From Convolutriloba macropyga (lineage: Eukaryota), in contig NC_134470.1 in the NCBI RefSeq assembly GCF_964194025.1, forward strand, positions 65,224,001 through 65,288,000: a stretch of 64,000 nt of DNA, in the 5' to 3' direction. The notes under the pieces are model-generated. The model was not told the DNA's origin. It searched no databases and worked only from the letters and a program-made list of their open reading frames with translations. The position numbers were made by a program, and so were the translations under genes. Below are positions 25,110 through 38,803 of this stretch, piece by piece. Each line of letters begins with the position of its first letter. The stretch's first letter is position 1.

Positions 25110-27229
25110 TATTTTTTTGTATGGCCATTAAATCTAAACAATTCAAACTCTTGAAATTAATATTAATTTTAATAGAATCCTATGCTGCGTTTTAGAAGGG
25201 TCAAAAAAATGGTATATTCAACAACTCAGCATTTTAGACTGCTTATTTGAATTTTGATTCGGACAGAAGGACGAAACGTTCATCGTTAGCAAATTAAGAA
25301 ATTAATCTATTTTATATCATAGTTGTAAACTTTGTTTCCCCGAAATCGACGTCAAATTTTTAAATGGAGAAAAAGACAAAAAAATGATATCCAAATTGTT
25401 CTAGATTTCTTTATTTATATATTGGAAAATTGTCAAAAACAGGAAGGAAAATAGAGCGAAAAATAGAGAAAGCACACCAGAACAAAATTAAAAAGACTGA
25501 GTTTTTTTTTGAAATAAATGACAGTCGTTTCCAAGCAGGAATTATCCATGAGTATAATTCGCGGTAAATTCACCAAAAAAAGTAATTGTTATCATTGTTA
25601 TCATCAGGCAAGCCATCAAAAAGGACTACGGACAGAATAATTAGAATTAAATATTATCGACAATTTTTTTTTCAGAACATTTTTTTTCGAAGTCAAAAAT
25701 CATCAGACTCATAATGAAATGAAAGCTCAATTAAAGCTCAGCAATAACGGGAGTAAATCGTTATTTTTAACTAACATTCGTGAAGGAATCCGATTTTGAA
25801 AAAGGGATGAAACTTAAAGCAGTAGTTAGAGCCCGACAAGAAGATAAAGACTCGCGAAAACCTGATTTTTCTTTTTTCTCAGAAATAGCCAATCGAGCAC
25901 TAAAACCTAAGGCATTTTATCCTCATTTTGATTAGGCGCTGGGCTACCAGTGTTCCTTCTGAAATTTAACTTCCAATTAACCTCAGAAAACATCAGAAAA
26001 TATGAAGAGTTCTTTTAAAAAGACTGTACACAAAAACAAATTTAGTTATATGAAGTTGGAATTAATTAATAGTTGACTGAGTAAGTGCAGCCATTCCCAG
26101 CAACCCATAATTGTTGTTATCTTAAAAAATAGCACAAATAGGTTAAAAAGATCCATTCGAGGCATCAAATGTGACTAATCTTTAAAAATCTCTTTAAAAC
26201 TTTCTTTTTTCAAATCTCAGAGTTGTCCAAAAAGTACAAAATGCAGATTAAATCAATGTTGATTGGTATTCAATCAGTTCAAAACATGACCAAAAAGTGC
26301 ATATTTTCACTGAAACCTAAAAATTTTTCAGTTTTTTATTTTTCAAATGAAAAATCATTACATTTATTTGAGTTTGGAAATATTTTTTAAGAATTAACTA
26401 TCAATGAACAGATCTGAAACGATTGTCTCCCTGTTTTTTAAGAGTTAAAAAGATTTTAAATGAACTTGACTTTTGAGGCAACATTTAAGTTAACACAGGT
26501 GAGAGACGGGTTAAAAGTTCACAAAATTTTATAAAAATTGGCTGAAAATTGGTTGCAAATTTTGTTCTCGAAACGATAATTTTTTTTTGTATTTCTGTGC
26601 TATATGGAGACTTTGACAAAACAATAATATACTTGTTTTTCAAAAAAAATCCTCAAAAAAACCGCTAGTTGATGTAAATGAGTGAATTTTGACTAAAATT
26701 TTAGCTAGATTTGATCAAAGATAGGGTTGAATTGTCTGAAATTGTTGGTAGAAAATGGTGAATTTTTTTCAAAAAAAATCCCATTTTTTTGAAGTGAAAT
26801 TCTAGACGCAGGGAGCTTCAAATTGAAAGGCTAACACATTCGCTAGCCTAGGATGCCATCCAAAATGTCAAAAACTGTCTGAACAAAAAAAAAGTTGGGC
26901 TAGCATTAAGTTCTCTCATTTTTTTTCAAAAAATGTGGTAACAAGTAAAATTAGAATAAAAATAGGTGTTAAATGATTAGGGTAAAATTAACCGTCATAT
27001 CTTTTGTCAAGGAAGAGCAGGTACACAGTTTGCAACTAAACTTGGGATTGTTTCCTTCCTCCCCAAAGGAAAATATAAAAATCCTTTATTATTCCGAAGT
27101 GGCCTATGGGTAAAGAACTTCTGTGAAAATATTGTGACGCTTTTTTGATTGTTGATTCAATTTCCAGAATTCACATGATTTGCTAATTTTTTGTTTTCGC
27201 TATGATGAAAGTTATTCTTTTTGTTCCAG

Positions 27230-27441
27230 ATAACGATAAATTCCTTTGAGACTAGAGGCACCAATCGAGAGTTCATTTACTGCAAGGGGTCAAAGGTCAG
27301 CTCACCCTTCCATATTAACGACATAGTTCAACACCCTGTCCCAAGGCAACGCGGAAAGGGCGCGGAAGCAGAGGAAGATGTGAACATAATTGCAGCAATC
27401 CATGTCTTCACATGTAGTGAAATCACCACCGATAAACTTGT
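27230..27441 (+). CDS. PAL gene exon 2, degenerate PHM-like N-terminal domain part 1
   Basis: Polypyrimidine tract plus CAG acceptor, donor GTAAGG, phase 0 to 2. Encodes ITINSFETRGTNREFIYCKG...VNIIAAIHVFTCSEITTDKLV. Confidence 0.8.
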
Positions 27442-29004
27442 GTAAGGATTAGTTTTTAACACTTTCATCTAAATAAGTCTCATTTGACTGACTTCAGATT
27501 TAAGATTTCTACCGCAGTTGTGGAAATATCTCAAAATTATGCAAAATGCAAAATCACCGCTGACATGCTTGTACAAAAAATTTTTCACAAGAGTCTTAAA
27601 ATAAGTAAAGTTAAATTGGTAAAATTATGCAAGATCACCGCTCAAAGGTAGATGTAGCCTTTTATAACTTTAACCGAACAAGGAGGCTCGTTAATGTGTG
27701 TTCGCACATGATGTTCCGACCCGCGCTCATCTACATTTTTGAATAAACTGTCTTTTGAATTACATTTTTGACAAAGCGATAATCAAAAGTAGATGTTTGA
27801 GTTCAAAAAAACCGTTACACAACCAAACTAATAATTGAATTAAATAATGCGATGTCTCATTACAATAATATCTGCATTGAAAAGACTACGAGAAAAAAAA
27901 CAACAACTACAAAAAAGCAAAAACAAAAAGTTTCACGTCAAAATTCAATAACTAATTTTAAAAGCACCTAGTAAAAACGTCACATTACAATTAGACAAAA
28001 TCCTAATTACACGAATTTAGTTTTTCCTAACTACACAACAGACGAGATTTTTTCTTAATGAGACTAGGTAACGATTCTACAAAAAAAAATAATTATGTGA
28101 AATTCAAAAATCAGTCAACATTTTTTAAAACGAATAATTTTAAGTCTCAAAAATCAATGGCTTTCAACGAATTAATTCTCAATAAATTTACTAAAGAGCC
28201 ATAATGAAACCAATAGGACCTGTTTTTGGTTAGACTAAGCCATTGGAACCGACTATAGATGCAAAAAAATTACAAACATTGCGAAAACACAAATTAGTGA
28301 AGCCATTAAAATCATTAGCTTTTATCTGAATTTTAAGTATTTTTATTTCAATTTCCATTTATACTAATTCAGCTAAATATATAATGAATGATTAAATAAG
28401 TTCAATTCAACCACATTTGAAAATCATTGGGATCTGTTATTACGCGATTGTGCTAAAGGAAGAGAAAAAGAAACCCAAGTACACCACTCATATAACTTTT
28501 TATGAAAACACATGCTCCAACAAACAAAACATTAGTTACGTCATAATATCAGTAAAGCTGTTAATTTTTAAAATACCTGGGACCTTTCAATGATGAGAAC
28601 ACGTTACAAGTTAATGAAAACAACAACAACAAAAACCGAAAAAATTGAAAATTCCTTAAAATCTCAAAATTGTATAATAATATAAACTTGAAGACTAATC
28701 GCTATAAACTTCTTCGTGTAAATTTATTCAATCAATCCTCACTTACAATTTTATGAGACTTGTCACCTTTTTACGGCTATCTAAAGATTAAAAACAGGCT
28801 AACACAGCAAATTAAAAAAAATGAGCGAGGAAAGTGTCGAAGCCATTAAAAAATGAACTTTTCAGTTAAAATTTTTCCAATTTCAATTAATTTCTAACAA
28901 CAATGGGATTCTTCGTTTTAACAATTTGACTGCTATAAATCAACAAACATGAACAAACACTTTAAAACAACGAAATTTTTTTGAGAAAAACCGTAGTAAC
29001 AACG

Positions 29005-30085
29005 CCATTAAATTCAATAGCCTTCAACGGGAGCTAATAAATATGCTAAGTAAGGATTAGGTGAGACAACAAAATAATGGGATGTTTGGCATTCATAACT
29101 CATCAACAAGAAATTACAAAAAGTCATTGACTGTGAAAACAACAAAAAACACAGGCAAGATCCAAAAAATTGGTAGAAAAATGCGCGAGGAGTGTCGAAG
29201 CCTTTTAAACCATAAGCTTTCCTCTGAAAACTTTTTTTATGATCCATTGAACGTCGTCATCTCTAAGCCCATGAAACTATCAACATTAGGATAATGTTTT
29301 AAGATTCCAAAAGGAACCAGAATTAAGAGAAAGAGAAATTTTTTAATTTTTAAAAAAAGTTATGAAAACTCGTGCATCGAATTCATAACACCAATAGAAA
29401 GAACATAAAACAGCTAACTAGATTAATTTTGGTTGAATTAGAAAAAAATATCCGTTCATTTTTGGGACTGACTTACAGTTTACGAACTAAGGGTTAAGAT
29501 TGTTTAATAATAAAAATTTCTCGGAAAATCACTTTTAAAGTCTTAACAGCCATTAAATCCAATAGCTTTCAACGGAAGCCAATAAATACGCTCAGTTGTC
29601 CCTCGGTTGGACAAAAAGGATATTTTTCATTCATAGGTAATCGATAAGACATCACAGCAAGTCTTATGACTATGGAAACAACAACAAATACAAGCAAAAA
29701 GAAAAAATTTATGGGGAAAGTGCGCGAAGAAAGTGTCGAAGCCGTTTAAACCATAAGCTTTTCTCTGAAAACTTTGTCCAAGATCCATTGAAAACATTCT
29801 CTAAGCTAATGGGAGATATTAATATCAGGAGAATGTGATAAGATTTCAAGAGGGACCAATAAAACGAAAAAATCCATTTTTTTTAATTTCGAAATTTTGT
29901 ATCATTGAAGTCATATAACAAATAATAAGATGATGAAACCGCTAAGCAGAATAATTTTGGTTGCAGTAGAAAATAAGGGGGTCGTGTCTTTAATGAAGTT
30001 GACCTACATTTCACGAAATTAGTTTAGGATTGGTTAATGTTAAAAAAATTCTCGGAAAACCATTTTTAAAGTCTTAACAACCATT
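29005..30085. repeat. Diverged tandem duplication, period ~545 bp (PAL intron)
   Basis: gccattaaat.caatagc.ttcaacgg.agc.aataaata at ~29005 and ~29550. The segments gtgtcgaagcc.tttaaaccataagcttt and ttctcggaaaa are repeated in register. Confidence 0.85.
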
Positions 30086-30649
30086 AGTTGTCCACTCAAA
30101 GCTCTAGATGGGTTCTCTTAATGCTCATCATGAAACCTATTGAAATTTTAGGCAATTTAGGCAAATTTTATGCCTTACCACTCCATGCCTTAGCATCCTC
30201 AAAAAAATCAAAATTTCATTTGAAATTCAGAGTCGTAGCCAAAAAAAAATACGAGTTGTTCATTGGGCTTCATTAGACTGTGAATCAAGTTTATCATTAA
30301 TTGAACCTTGGTATGAAAAGTGACTAGTCTCTATGCGACATAAGAAAACAAAAACATGATTTTTTTTTAAAAAAGAGCTCTAAAATAGAATTCGATAATT
30401 TTTTTGATAGTAAACTTCCCTATGAGATCAGAACTATTCTTTTTATCGCCTTTCGTATATTAGAAACTCAATATTGATTCTTTTTAAGGCGTGAAACGTA
30501 ATTTTGAATCAAAATATTTTATATAAAAACTATCTTAATTTGAAGAATTACACTAAGTTACACATAAATTACACTAAAAGTGAACAAAATAAGTGAACAA
30601 AATACACTATTAAAGTGAACTTCAATCGTCGATAACTCCTCGAAAAAAA

Positions 30650-30820
30650 AAGAAATTCAAAAAATTCAAAAAAATCTTTTTAATTTCGATTTCTACGCTG
30701 GACGAGCTTCTTAATGATACCACTCACAATTCTCTACGATGAATATATCGATCGGCCAAAATTGGCTGAACAAAAAAACCCATTTGAGTATATATTTCCT
30801 CCCCCCACAAGTGGGGTTGG
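30650..30820. repeat. Dispersed repeat with inverted copies at ~40820-40990 and ~14020-14170
   Basis: ctctacgatgaatatatcgatcggccaaaattg.ctgaacaaaaaa is the reverse complement of ttttgttcagtcaattttggccgatcgatatattcatcgtagag. Confidence 0.85.
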
Positions 30821-31336
30821 AACAAAAATGCGTAAGATTATAGTGCATAGCGTTGGATAAATACTATTAAACGGTGATAGTTATATTTCATAAGTGCACC
30901 GTATTTGCCTTATTCGCTGCTCTCTGGGCCTCGAAAAATCAACTCGCACCATGCGAAACTTTATTGCTTACTCTAAATGTCAGTTATACTTATGATTGAT
31001 TTAAACACGCGTTTGCCTCCATGATAAATTAATTGGTTTTGGTATTATTGTTTCTTGGTATTACAATGAGACAAATACTAGTTGTCTTAGTCGTCTGTAG
31101 AGAACTGCAATGAAACTACACTGCCCTAAAAATACTACGATACAACTGTTTTTCAACTAAAAAGCAATTTCCCAATAAATAAATCGCTGCCGCCGTAGAG
31201 ATTTCCAAAACGCTTTTGACCATTTCGGATTATATTGTTGACTTTAATTGGTCATTATCATTATACCAAAATTTGATTACACAGATTTTTAATTTTATAT
31301 TAATTCATAAACTTTTTTAATCTGTTTTTGTTTCAG

Positions 31337-31526
31337 AGAGTGCAACACGAAAGACAAGTTTGAGTCACTGTGTAAAGGCAGTGGATTGGCTGCTGTGTGG
31401 ACCCCAGACATGGTTGAGAGTGGGGTGAACAGGGTGCAACAGCCAGACACTCTCTTCACTGCAAATGCTATCATACTCAGAGTAGTCTATGATGATGTTA
31501 CTCCTGTCATCACCCCAGCCGTAGGG
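31337..31526 (+). CDS. PAL gene exon 3, degenerate PHM-like N-terminal domain part 2
   Basis: tttgtttcag acceptor, donor GTATGT, phase 2 to 0. Open frame ECNTKDKFESLCKGSGLAAVWTPD...AIILRVVYDDVTPVITPAVG. Confidence 0.82.
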
Positions 31527-32558
31527 GTATGTTAACCATAGTGATGATAGGACTCAAATCTTGCAAAATGTGATCCTCGGTTAAAATTGTTTCCTCATTC
31601 TCTGTAGTATGTTTGGATTATTTTGTACTTGGTAACGCTTGTTTTAACTCCAATCGATAGCGAACAACACTCAAGAGCAGTCTTGTACACTCTTGTACAA
31701 CAAAAACAACGAATGGGAAAATAAATAAGCCTTCCCGGACTTGAGTCGCAGAGTATTTCAGTGCTGAATCAGTATATTTCAGTAGTAAAAATCGAATTCA
31801 GTTTTGATACATTGCATATCAAGTGTCTATTAAGCTTCTTTATGCGCAGTTTCTCTTCATTATGATAATATTGAGGTCACTGAGTTCTCCCGTACAGGAA
31901 AAACAGAATGTGTTTAGACTGATTTAGCGCTGATTTACTCTACCGCCAACCCCCAGGGGTTCTACTAAGATCGCAAGCCCCGAAAAATGATTCTTCACAA
32001 TAAAATAACCTCAAAAGGGTTCCTGGCTGATTAACGTTGCCAGGGTCTATAATGCTATCACATTAATTGCACTGTTTAAATTCTTTGTTAATGCATAATA
32101 CAGAATTGACGCTATCTCGGCATTAGGAAGGTGTCCCCCCATTATGAATGAATGGAGCCACTAACAGTCTTAAACCAAAATGGTAGTTTTCAATTTTTGA
32201 GCAGCGCTACCCCAGAACAGAATCTAACTTTAATCAAATAACTTCAAATAACGTTCAAAGGAGCTTACGGTTCACAAGACCAGGCTTGGTAGAAACGTTG
32301 TCTAAAACACATGATCAAATTTTAAAATTCCAAGAGTCTGCAGCGCCAGAAGTTTCTGCATACATAGCCAGAAATGCGTGTTTCAAGCGAGAATGTGACT
32401 CCGCAGAAATGACATCAAAATTTTGGCTAGCACCACCTAGAACCACGCCGTGTTCACGATAACCGCCAGAAGTTCTCAGTGAATTCAAGTAGTCACGTAA
32501 CCTATACATGAATTTCATTGAGAGGAAATAAAATGCGGTAGAATACTTTATTTTTAAG

Positions 32559-33620
32559 GTTGAAGTGACAGAGGAAGAAAGCGTGGGCGATCAAGGCCAC
32601 TTTCTAGACCGCTCTGCTGATCATAACAAATTATTCGGATTGAAAAGCATCCAGCATGGCCTGTTGTCAATTCCTCAACCAATCATAGAGCGAGACAATT
32701 CATGGCACCTGACCTGGTCAGAGGGCAAAATCGGACAGGCTTCAGGCGTTGCAGTTCTTGACCAAGATTATGTCATAGTGTTTCACCGTGCAGAGAGATC
32801 GTGGACTGGATCCACTTTCAAGGATTTAAAGATGCAGAATATGACCAAGATCGATTCAGACACGCTTCTCAAGTGCCGAATCAGAGATGGAGAGTGCACC
32901 TCATCAATGGGGAAAGACATGTTTCTACTTCCACATGGTATCAGCGTGACTCCTGACAACAACTTCCTTCTCTTGACGGATGTTGGAAGACATCAAGTAT
33001 TTGCCCTCAGCATCGAAACTGGCGAAGTAACCTTGACGTTGGGAACCTTTGGAGTCCCAAAACAAGGCGACTACCCAGATTACTTCTGCCAACCCGCGGA
33101 CGCCGAAATGGACCCAGAAACTGGCCTGATCTTTGTTGCCGATGGTTACTGCAACTCTCGCGTGGCTATTTTTAACAATGACGGCAGTTATAATACCAGC
33201 ATTAAAGGATGTGTCAAAGATGATGACTTCCGAATTGTTCACGACTTAGCGATCGATGCCGAGAATCGAGTTCTATTCGTTGCCGACAGGGAGAACGGCC
33301 GCATTTGCATATTCAGCATTGACGTTGGACACAAGTTTGGTGAAGCTTTGGACTTGATTGAAACAGGACAGAGTACAGTGTATGCTCTGGATTACAACAT
33401 GGGCAATCTTTACTCAGCCGAGTGGGGGGCAAGAGGCAGTGCACACAAGGCATTCGGAACCATCATTCCCACGACTACTGGGAAAACAGAACAGGTGGAG
33501 CAGTTTTATGATTCCCACATGCGAGATCCACACGACATATCAGTGTGGGAGAACACGTACATATTCATGAGCGACTTAAAATCTCCCTCGAAAGTGTTCA
33601 AATTTATCAGAATGGACTAA
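32559..33620 (+). CDS. PAL: Peptidyl-alpha-hydroxyglycine alpha-amidating lyase (PAL, NHL beta-propeller), terminal exon; full protein about 525-537 aa
   Basis: tttttaag acceptor in phase 0. Contains the PAL motifs FHR, LPHG, TDVG.HQVF, FCQP, VADGYCNSR, IVHDL, VADRENGRI and PHDI, so the Zn-binding His residues and catalytic Tyr/Arg are present. Stop at 33618-33620, no C-terminal TM. Confidence 0.95.
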   Translation, partial: VEVTEEESVGDQGHFLDRSADHNKLFGLKSIQHGLLSIPQPIIERDNSWHLTWSEGKIGQASGVAVLDQDYVIVFHRAERSWTGSTFKDLKMQNMTKIDSDTLLKCRIRDGECTSSMGKDMFLLPHGISVTPDNNFLLLTDVGRHQVFALSIETGEVTLTLGTFGVPKQGDYPDYFCQPADAEMDPETGLIFVADGYCNSRVAIFNNDGSYNTSIKGCVKDDDFRIVHDLAIDAENRVLFVADRENGRICIFSIDVGHKFGEALDLIETGQSTVYALDYNMGNLYSAEWGARGSAHKAFGTIIPTTTGKTEQVEQFYDSHMRDPHDISVWENTYIFMSDLKSPSKVFKFIRMD

Positions 33621-36600
33621 CTATTGTGACAAAATTTGCTACTTTAGTTCCACAAAACATGCTTTGATTTGAGGATCTAATCCCTCTATCCACACATTTA
33701 AAATAGATTTTCAGAAAATGGGCATTTTAAGAAAGCAGCAAAATTAAAAATTGGGCACTTAGGCAAAGATTGGTAAATTTATGATAATAATATAACAAGA
33801 GGAAAAGCTAGTGGTGGTTTGAAATCCACATACACACAAGAAAACGCCATGAATGGAAATGAATGACTGCTTTTCTTCCGTGAGAGAGAGAGAGAGGGAG
33901 AGGGGGAGTTTCAAATTTCATACTCCCCTTAGCTTACTTTTAATCCGAAAAGCGGAACTTGGCAAACAAATGAATTGACATCCTCAGCTTTGTGCCGTAT
34001 GTGAAAGCTAGCGTTTGAAGCTATACAGTTATGAGTGCCAAGAATATTACGGAAGCTACAGTTTGCAATAGAATAGTTATCTGAATTTATTGTTGCTGCA
34101 CTGGTTTTTTGAAGAATTGAAGCACTAGTTGTCTGTGAATGCATACTAATAGACCACAGTATAATTAGCGTTGAATGATGTTCATTATTTTCTGCGAAAA
34201 AAGTGAAATAGTTGTATGTATTGCCTTACTTCGTTGGATCTCATCGGGAGATCAAAATTGGTCGCGAATTAGATAAAGAGACACCGTCAGTATACAATCA
34301 TCATCAGCGAAAAATCGAGATACGACACAAAGTAGATCGAATGAAAAAACGTAGTCATGCCCTTCAAAATGCTACTCGCTTAATAATGAAAAATGCCGAA
34401 ATAAAACAAGAAAGCTCGCATGATTCTGTGCACTCAAAACCAAGCTAACTCTCCAGCACCAAATTCCTTTCGCCACGTAAGTACAAATTGAAAAATTCTC
34501 TACTGCTTCGAAGATGCAAGCTCAAATTGAGTATGAAGGTATGTGCCAATTTCATTGAACTTTGAGATAATTATTCCAATTCGGACAGCGCGGATCAACG
34601 TCTGAGGACTGACTCCACACCCAGTGAATTTGGGGAGCTTATCGCATAGTTATGTCTATCCAACTCAAGATTCGAATTCATAAGTAAAGCTCCGTTCCAC
34701 ACGCAGTTGAAACAAAAGCCGGAAAACTTCAAAAAATAAGTTGAAACAAGTTTTGAGTTTCTCCTATTAAACTGACATGCCGTGCGTATTAAAGCCAAAC
34801 TCCTTAAGCGTTAACAAACTTGGTGTCTTTTTTCTGGGTATCATATTAGTGATTATACAGCCTCACTTAACTTTGACTTGCTGAAGAGCGAAATAACTTT
34901 GATATTCTCAGGCCTTTTTCATTAGGAACAAAGTTTCGACCTGAGAAGAAATTTGTACCACGTACAGAGTCAGCTTCTCTTTCTGGCATTAACGACACCT
35001 GGCATAGTTCCACTATTTTTACTATTGAGCAAACGAGTGAAAAAACACGAAGCGCGATTCTTGTTGCATTTGTTAAATTTGATGGGCGGAAAAAGTCTCT
35101 GAAAATATCAACACATCTGACATAGAAATTATTTTCCGTAAACAGTTACATACATCTGAACATAAGGGATTTTAAAATTTTAATATATAACCTGAGTTAT
35201 TAATAAAACCCAAGCTGAGTTCGATTGTTTCCACTTTGAGTTGTCTTGATATTCTGAGCGAATCAAATTTATTAGACCGCAAAGCTAAACAATTATTTAT
35301 TGGAAAACATTGAATATTCAAGTAATGCAACGTAATGTACAAAATAGTGGAAAAGACAGTTCAAAGATAACCGCAAAAACATAATATCCGGACAGATTTG
35401 AGACTTTTGAAACGAACTGAACGATGCAAAGTTTTCGTTGCCATTGATAGGAGAGCAGCCGTTTCATTGTGAGCGACCTTCAACAACACTTGGTTTCCAA
35501 ATTTGCGAATATTTTTAAAATAGTTTTGAAAACAGTGGTGCTATGACTCCTATTTGCAGTGATTGATTGCAGTTCATATAGATTTATACAAGATATTATA
35601 TAATCCTAAAGAAGATCAATATCAACTCAGCAGCAAGCAAAAAAATATTTTTTACAAGAGTTCTGGAAAAGCCAAGTAAATAAAGAGTATGCAATGAGCA
35701 AATTGTACATAAAATTATTTAAAAAAAAGTACAAATTCAATTTTCTAATTTATTTGACCTCTGCACATCGAAAAATTGAACTCTTGAATAAAATTGAAAT
35801 TTTGTAAGCCTGGAAAGTTTTACGGAAAAAATGGAAAAACGGCAAAAGCAAGCTATGCGAAACAAACAAATGTTTTACGAATTAAAACATCAGATTACAA
35901 AATAAAACAACGAATAAAGTATTTGGCAATCAGTACCATTGGAACACCAAACTTTGACAGTTTTTCAAGCTTTTAGGAAAGTTTTAAATTCGTCCAAATC
36001 ATAAGCGTCAATTTCTATGTTCTTTAATGTGTGTTTGTTTGAAAAAAACAGGTAAAAATTTTGAACAAAAAAACAATAAGTTGAAGCAACAAAGCTAGAA
36101 CAAAAATTTTACTAATGTTTTTGAAAATCAGAGGAATCAATGTCATCCAGACAAATATGAATTTTTAAAATCTAACCATATAAAAGTGGTTGCCACCCAA
36201 AAGCCTATAGTTTCCTATTTTTCAACCTCTCAAAGATAACTGACATACTGAAAAAATAACAACAAAGTCATCTAATAGTTAAATGTTGAGTTTTTATTGA
36301 TGAGAACTAGATGGGACCTTTATTTTTTATATAAACTAACAAATAAAAAAAGAACAAAAAACATGCTGCTCATCACAAAACTTCGCCACTTTTTATGAAT
36401 ACAAATATTGTTTGTCAACAAAATTGCTAGCTACAAACTGAAGCAACTGATAATTTAAATTATGACTCATTAGCAAATCGAAGAAAAACATTCAATGCTG
36501 AAGCAAAGTAATAAAAAATGAAAAAAAAGAACGATTGAAATAACACAAAATGTCGTTAAAGCACTTGCCTACAAAACGCAATTGCAAAACTCAATTGTAC

Positions 36601-38620
36601 CTGATAGAGAGTCAACAAGAACAGTCGTTCCTATGTCGAATTTTCGAACAACGCAGAGAGCAAAACTAACAGCTTTATCACAATAAAGAAAGTCAAAGCG
36701 ATATGAACAACTATTTACCCATCGCGGTACACGAGCAAATAAAACTTTGCACCATTAGAAGAGAGGTATATTTCTTTTAAAAGCAATAGTTTAAAAATAA
36801 CAAAACCAAAGTCAAAACAGAAACAAAATTTTCACACGGGACAAAATTTCTCTCTCAAAAGCAGAAATTTTTTGAAATTAATACATTTTCACCCCAGTTA
36901 AAAAGTTTTTTTTACTTTGCGCTCTATTTACTATTTCTGTAATTCTTTATTGTCACTGACAAACAATTGAATGGAGCCGACGATTTTAAAGTAAAAGACT
37001 ACGCTCAAGCAAGAGTAGATGGAGCGGCTTTTGAGAGAGCGCATTTTTTTCTAAAAAGAAAACCGATGTATAAAAGTTAAAAAATATTCAGACAAACGTT
37101 TCTCAATAAGTGTTTAATCACTTGCAGGTTTGTTTACAAATCTTCAATTCTTAAAAGCAGTTAAATCAAAACAAACAAGTTTTGTTGAGTGTTGCTCCTA
37201 GTTGAAGTTTGTAGCAATTATATTAGTCCTCCGATTTTTTATACAACTTTCAGCGCGAAAAAATGTATTCTGACGATTTTAGTTTTATTTTTGCTCTCAA
37301 CGAAATTGGAGCATTTATTGTACAGGAGCGTCTTTTTGCACAATTTTTACTTGACTGTTTTTGCACTGTTGTTCAAAAACATCCTTTGACATTTCAATTG
37401 ACTTTTGAACGCTTGTCTTCTTCCAATTTTACCCGCGAACGAGCCAGTTTTTATAAAACCCATCTCGCACTATTCATATTTGCTCTTCGATATTAATTAG
37501 CTTTATGAACTTCGCCGTTTTTTTTCGAAAGAACATGAGAATTTGAAATATAGCATACGTTTCCGTAATATATCTAACGTTGAAATTAAAAGAAGTTAAG
37601 ATGCAAATTGAGAGCCTAATTTTTATCTTATTTCCCAAAGAAAAAGCTATTAATCATAATACTACTTCCGATTATGATTTTTTATAACCTTGATATCCTA
37701 AAGCACTGAGTTAATGTCAGGGCAGTACTGGTTTATCCAATTGCGTTTGAATTTCCTTTTTTATAAGGAATTAAACTTGTTACGTGCGCGAACTCTAGAT
37801 GCAGAGAATGATAACCATTTTTTGGTACACAATAACACCAAAAAAGCTGCTAACTGTCTGAACTGATTGAATTCTCACCTAATTTTGTTTAAAAATTTTG
37901 ACCACAATTCGCCAAATTGGACTGTAAACAGTCAAACTTTGTGCTTGAACATGTTCAGTTTGAGATTTTACTCACAGAGCTTGACGATGATCCCCGTATG
38001 TGAATCTATTTGCATAAAATTTGCATTAAAAAGACACACACGTTTACAATAATTGCTATGAACTTCCTTCAAGAGCAATTAAAAAATTTTGATTTACATT
38101 GTTTGGTTATGTACATTTCATTACGCGCAAAGTGTATATCTCACAAATTACGATTCATTTACAGCGACAGGTGTGCTTAGCCAGGGTTGTGTGTAGTTAG
38201 TTAAGAAGAATAGGCAGCTATGGGTCAGGAGCATCTTGACCCGTAATGGGTTAAAACTTCTCCAACTGATAATTTCTTCTCGAATAAAACTAGCATCTAG
38301 GATACATGAAAACTATGTGTTTTCTCAATTTTAAAGCCCCATATAAACAGAACGCCCCATATAAACAATTTTAAAGCCCCATATAAACTATGTGTTTTCT
38401 CAATTTTAAATCCCCACTATAAAACAGAAGTCAATCGCCACAAAATCATGGTTGTTTGAAGACATTAACAATCCGTCAGGATATTAGCTTCATTTTTTGT
38501 AAGAAAAATACACAGGAATAATGAATTAGCTCAATCATGAGAAAATTGCAGAAAATAAGAGATCTGAATGAAAATCAAGTCAGTTTGATACAGTTCCTTT
38601 CAACTTCCTTCACACTGGAA

Positions 38621-38803
38621 TCAGTAAGTGGGTATGAAGAATTTGCGCATGGCAGCACATGTAGGGTTCACACAGTTGGGACATCTGACTGTGAACTGTT
38701 TGGAGTGTTTGTAGCCATTGTCCACATGCTCCTTCACAATATCAGCTAATGCTTCCAGGAATATTGGCCGGTCATTCAGAGTTTGTGCTCGTTTTATGTC
38801 TAC
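38621..38803 (-). CDS. FECH: Ferrochelatase last exon with [2Fe-2S] ligand motif
   Basis: Acceptor tcag, phase 0. Encodes VDIKRAQTLNDRPIFLEALADIVKEH...RCPNCVNPTCAAMRKFFIPTY*; the CxxCxxxxC motif is as in animal FECH. Total protein 386 aa. Confidence 0.93.
   Translation of the reverse strand, partial: VDIKRAQTLNDRPIFLEALADIVKEHVDNGYKHSKQFTVRCPNCVNPTCAAMRKFFIPTY

Noticed and set aside
32565-33620. Intronless, GTG-started, bacterial-like or horizontally transferred NHL gene
   Set aside because: The GTG is internal. An in-frame acceptor at 32558 links the exon to upstream exons, and the motifs are those of animal PAL.
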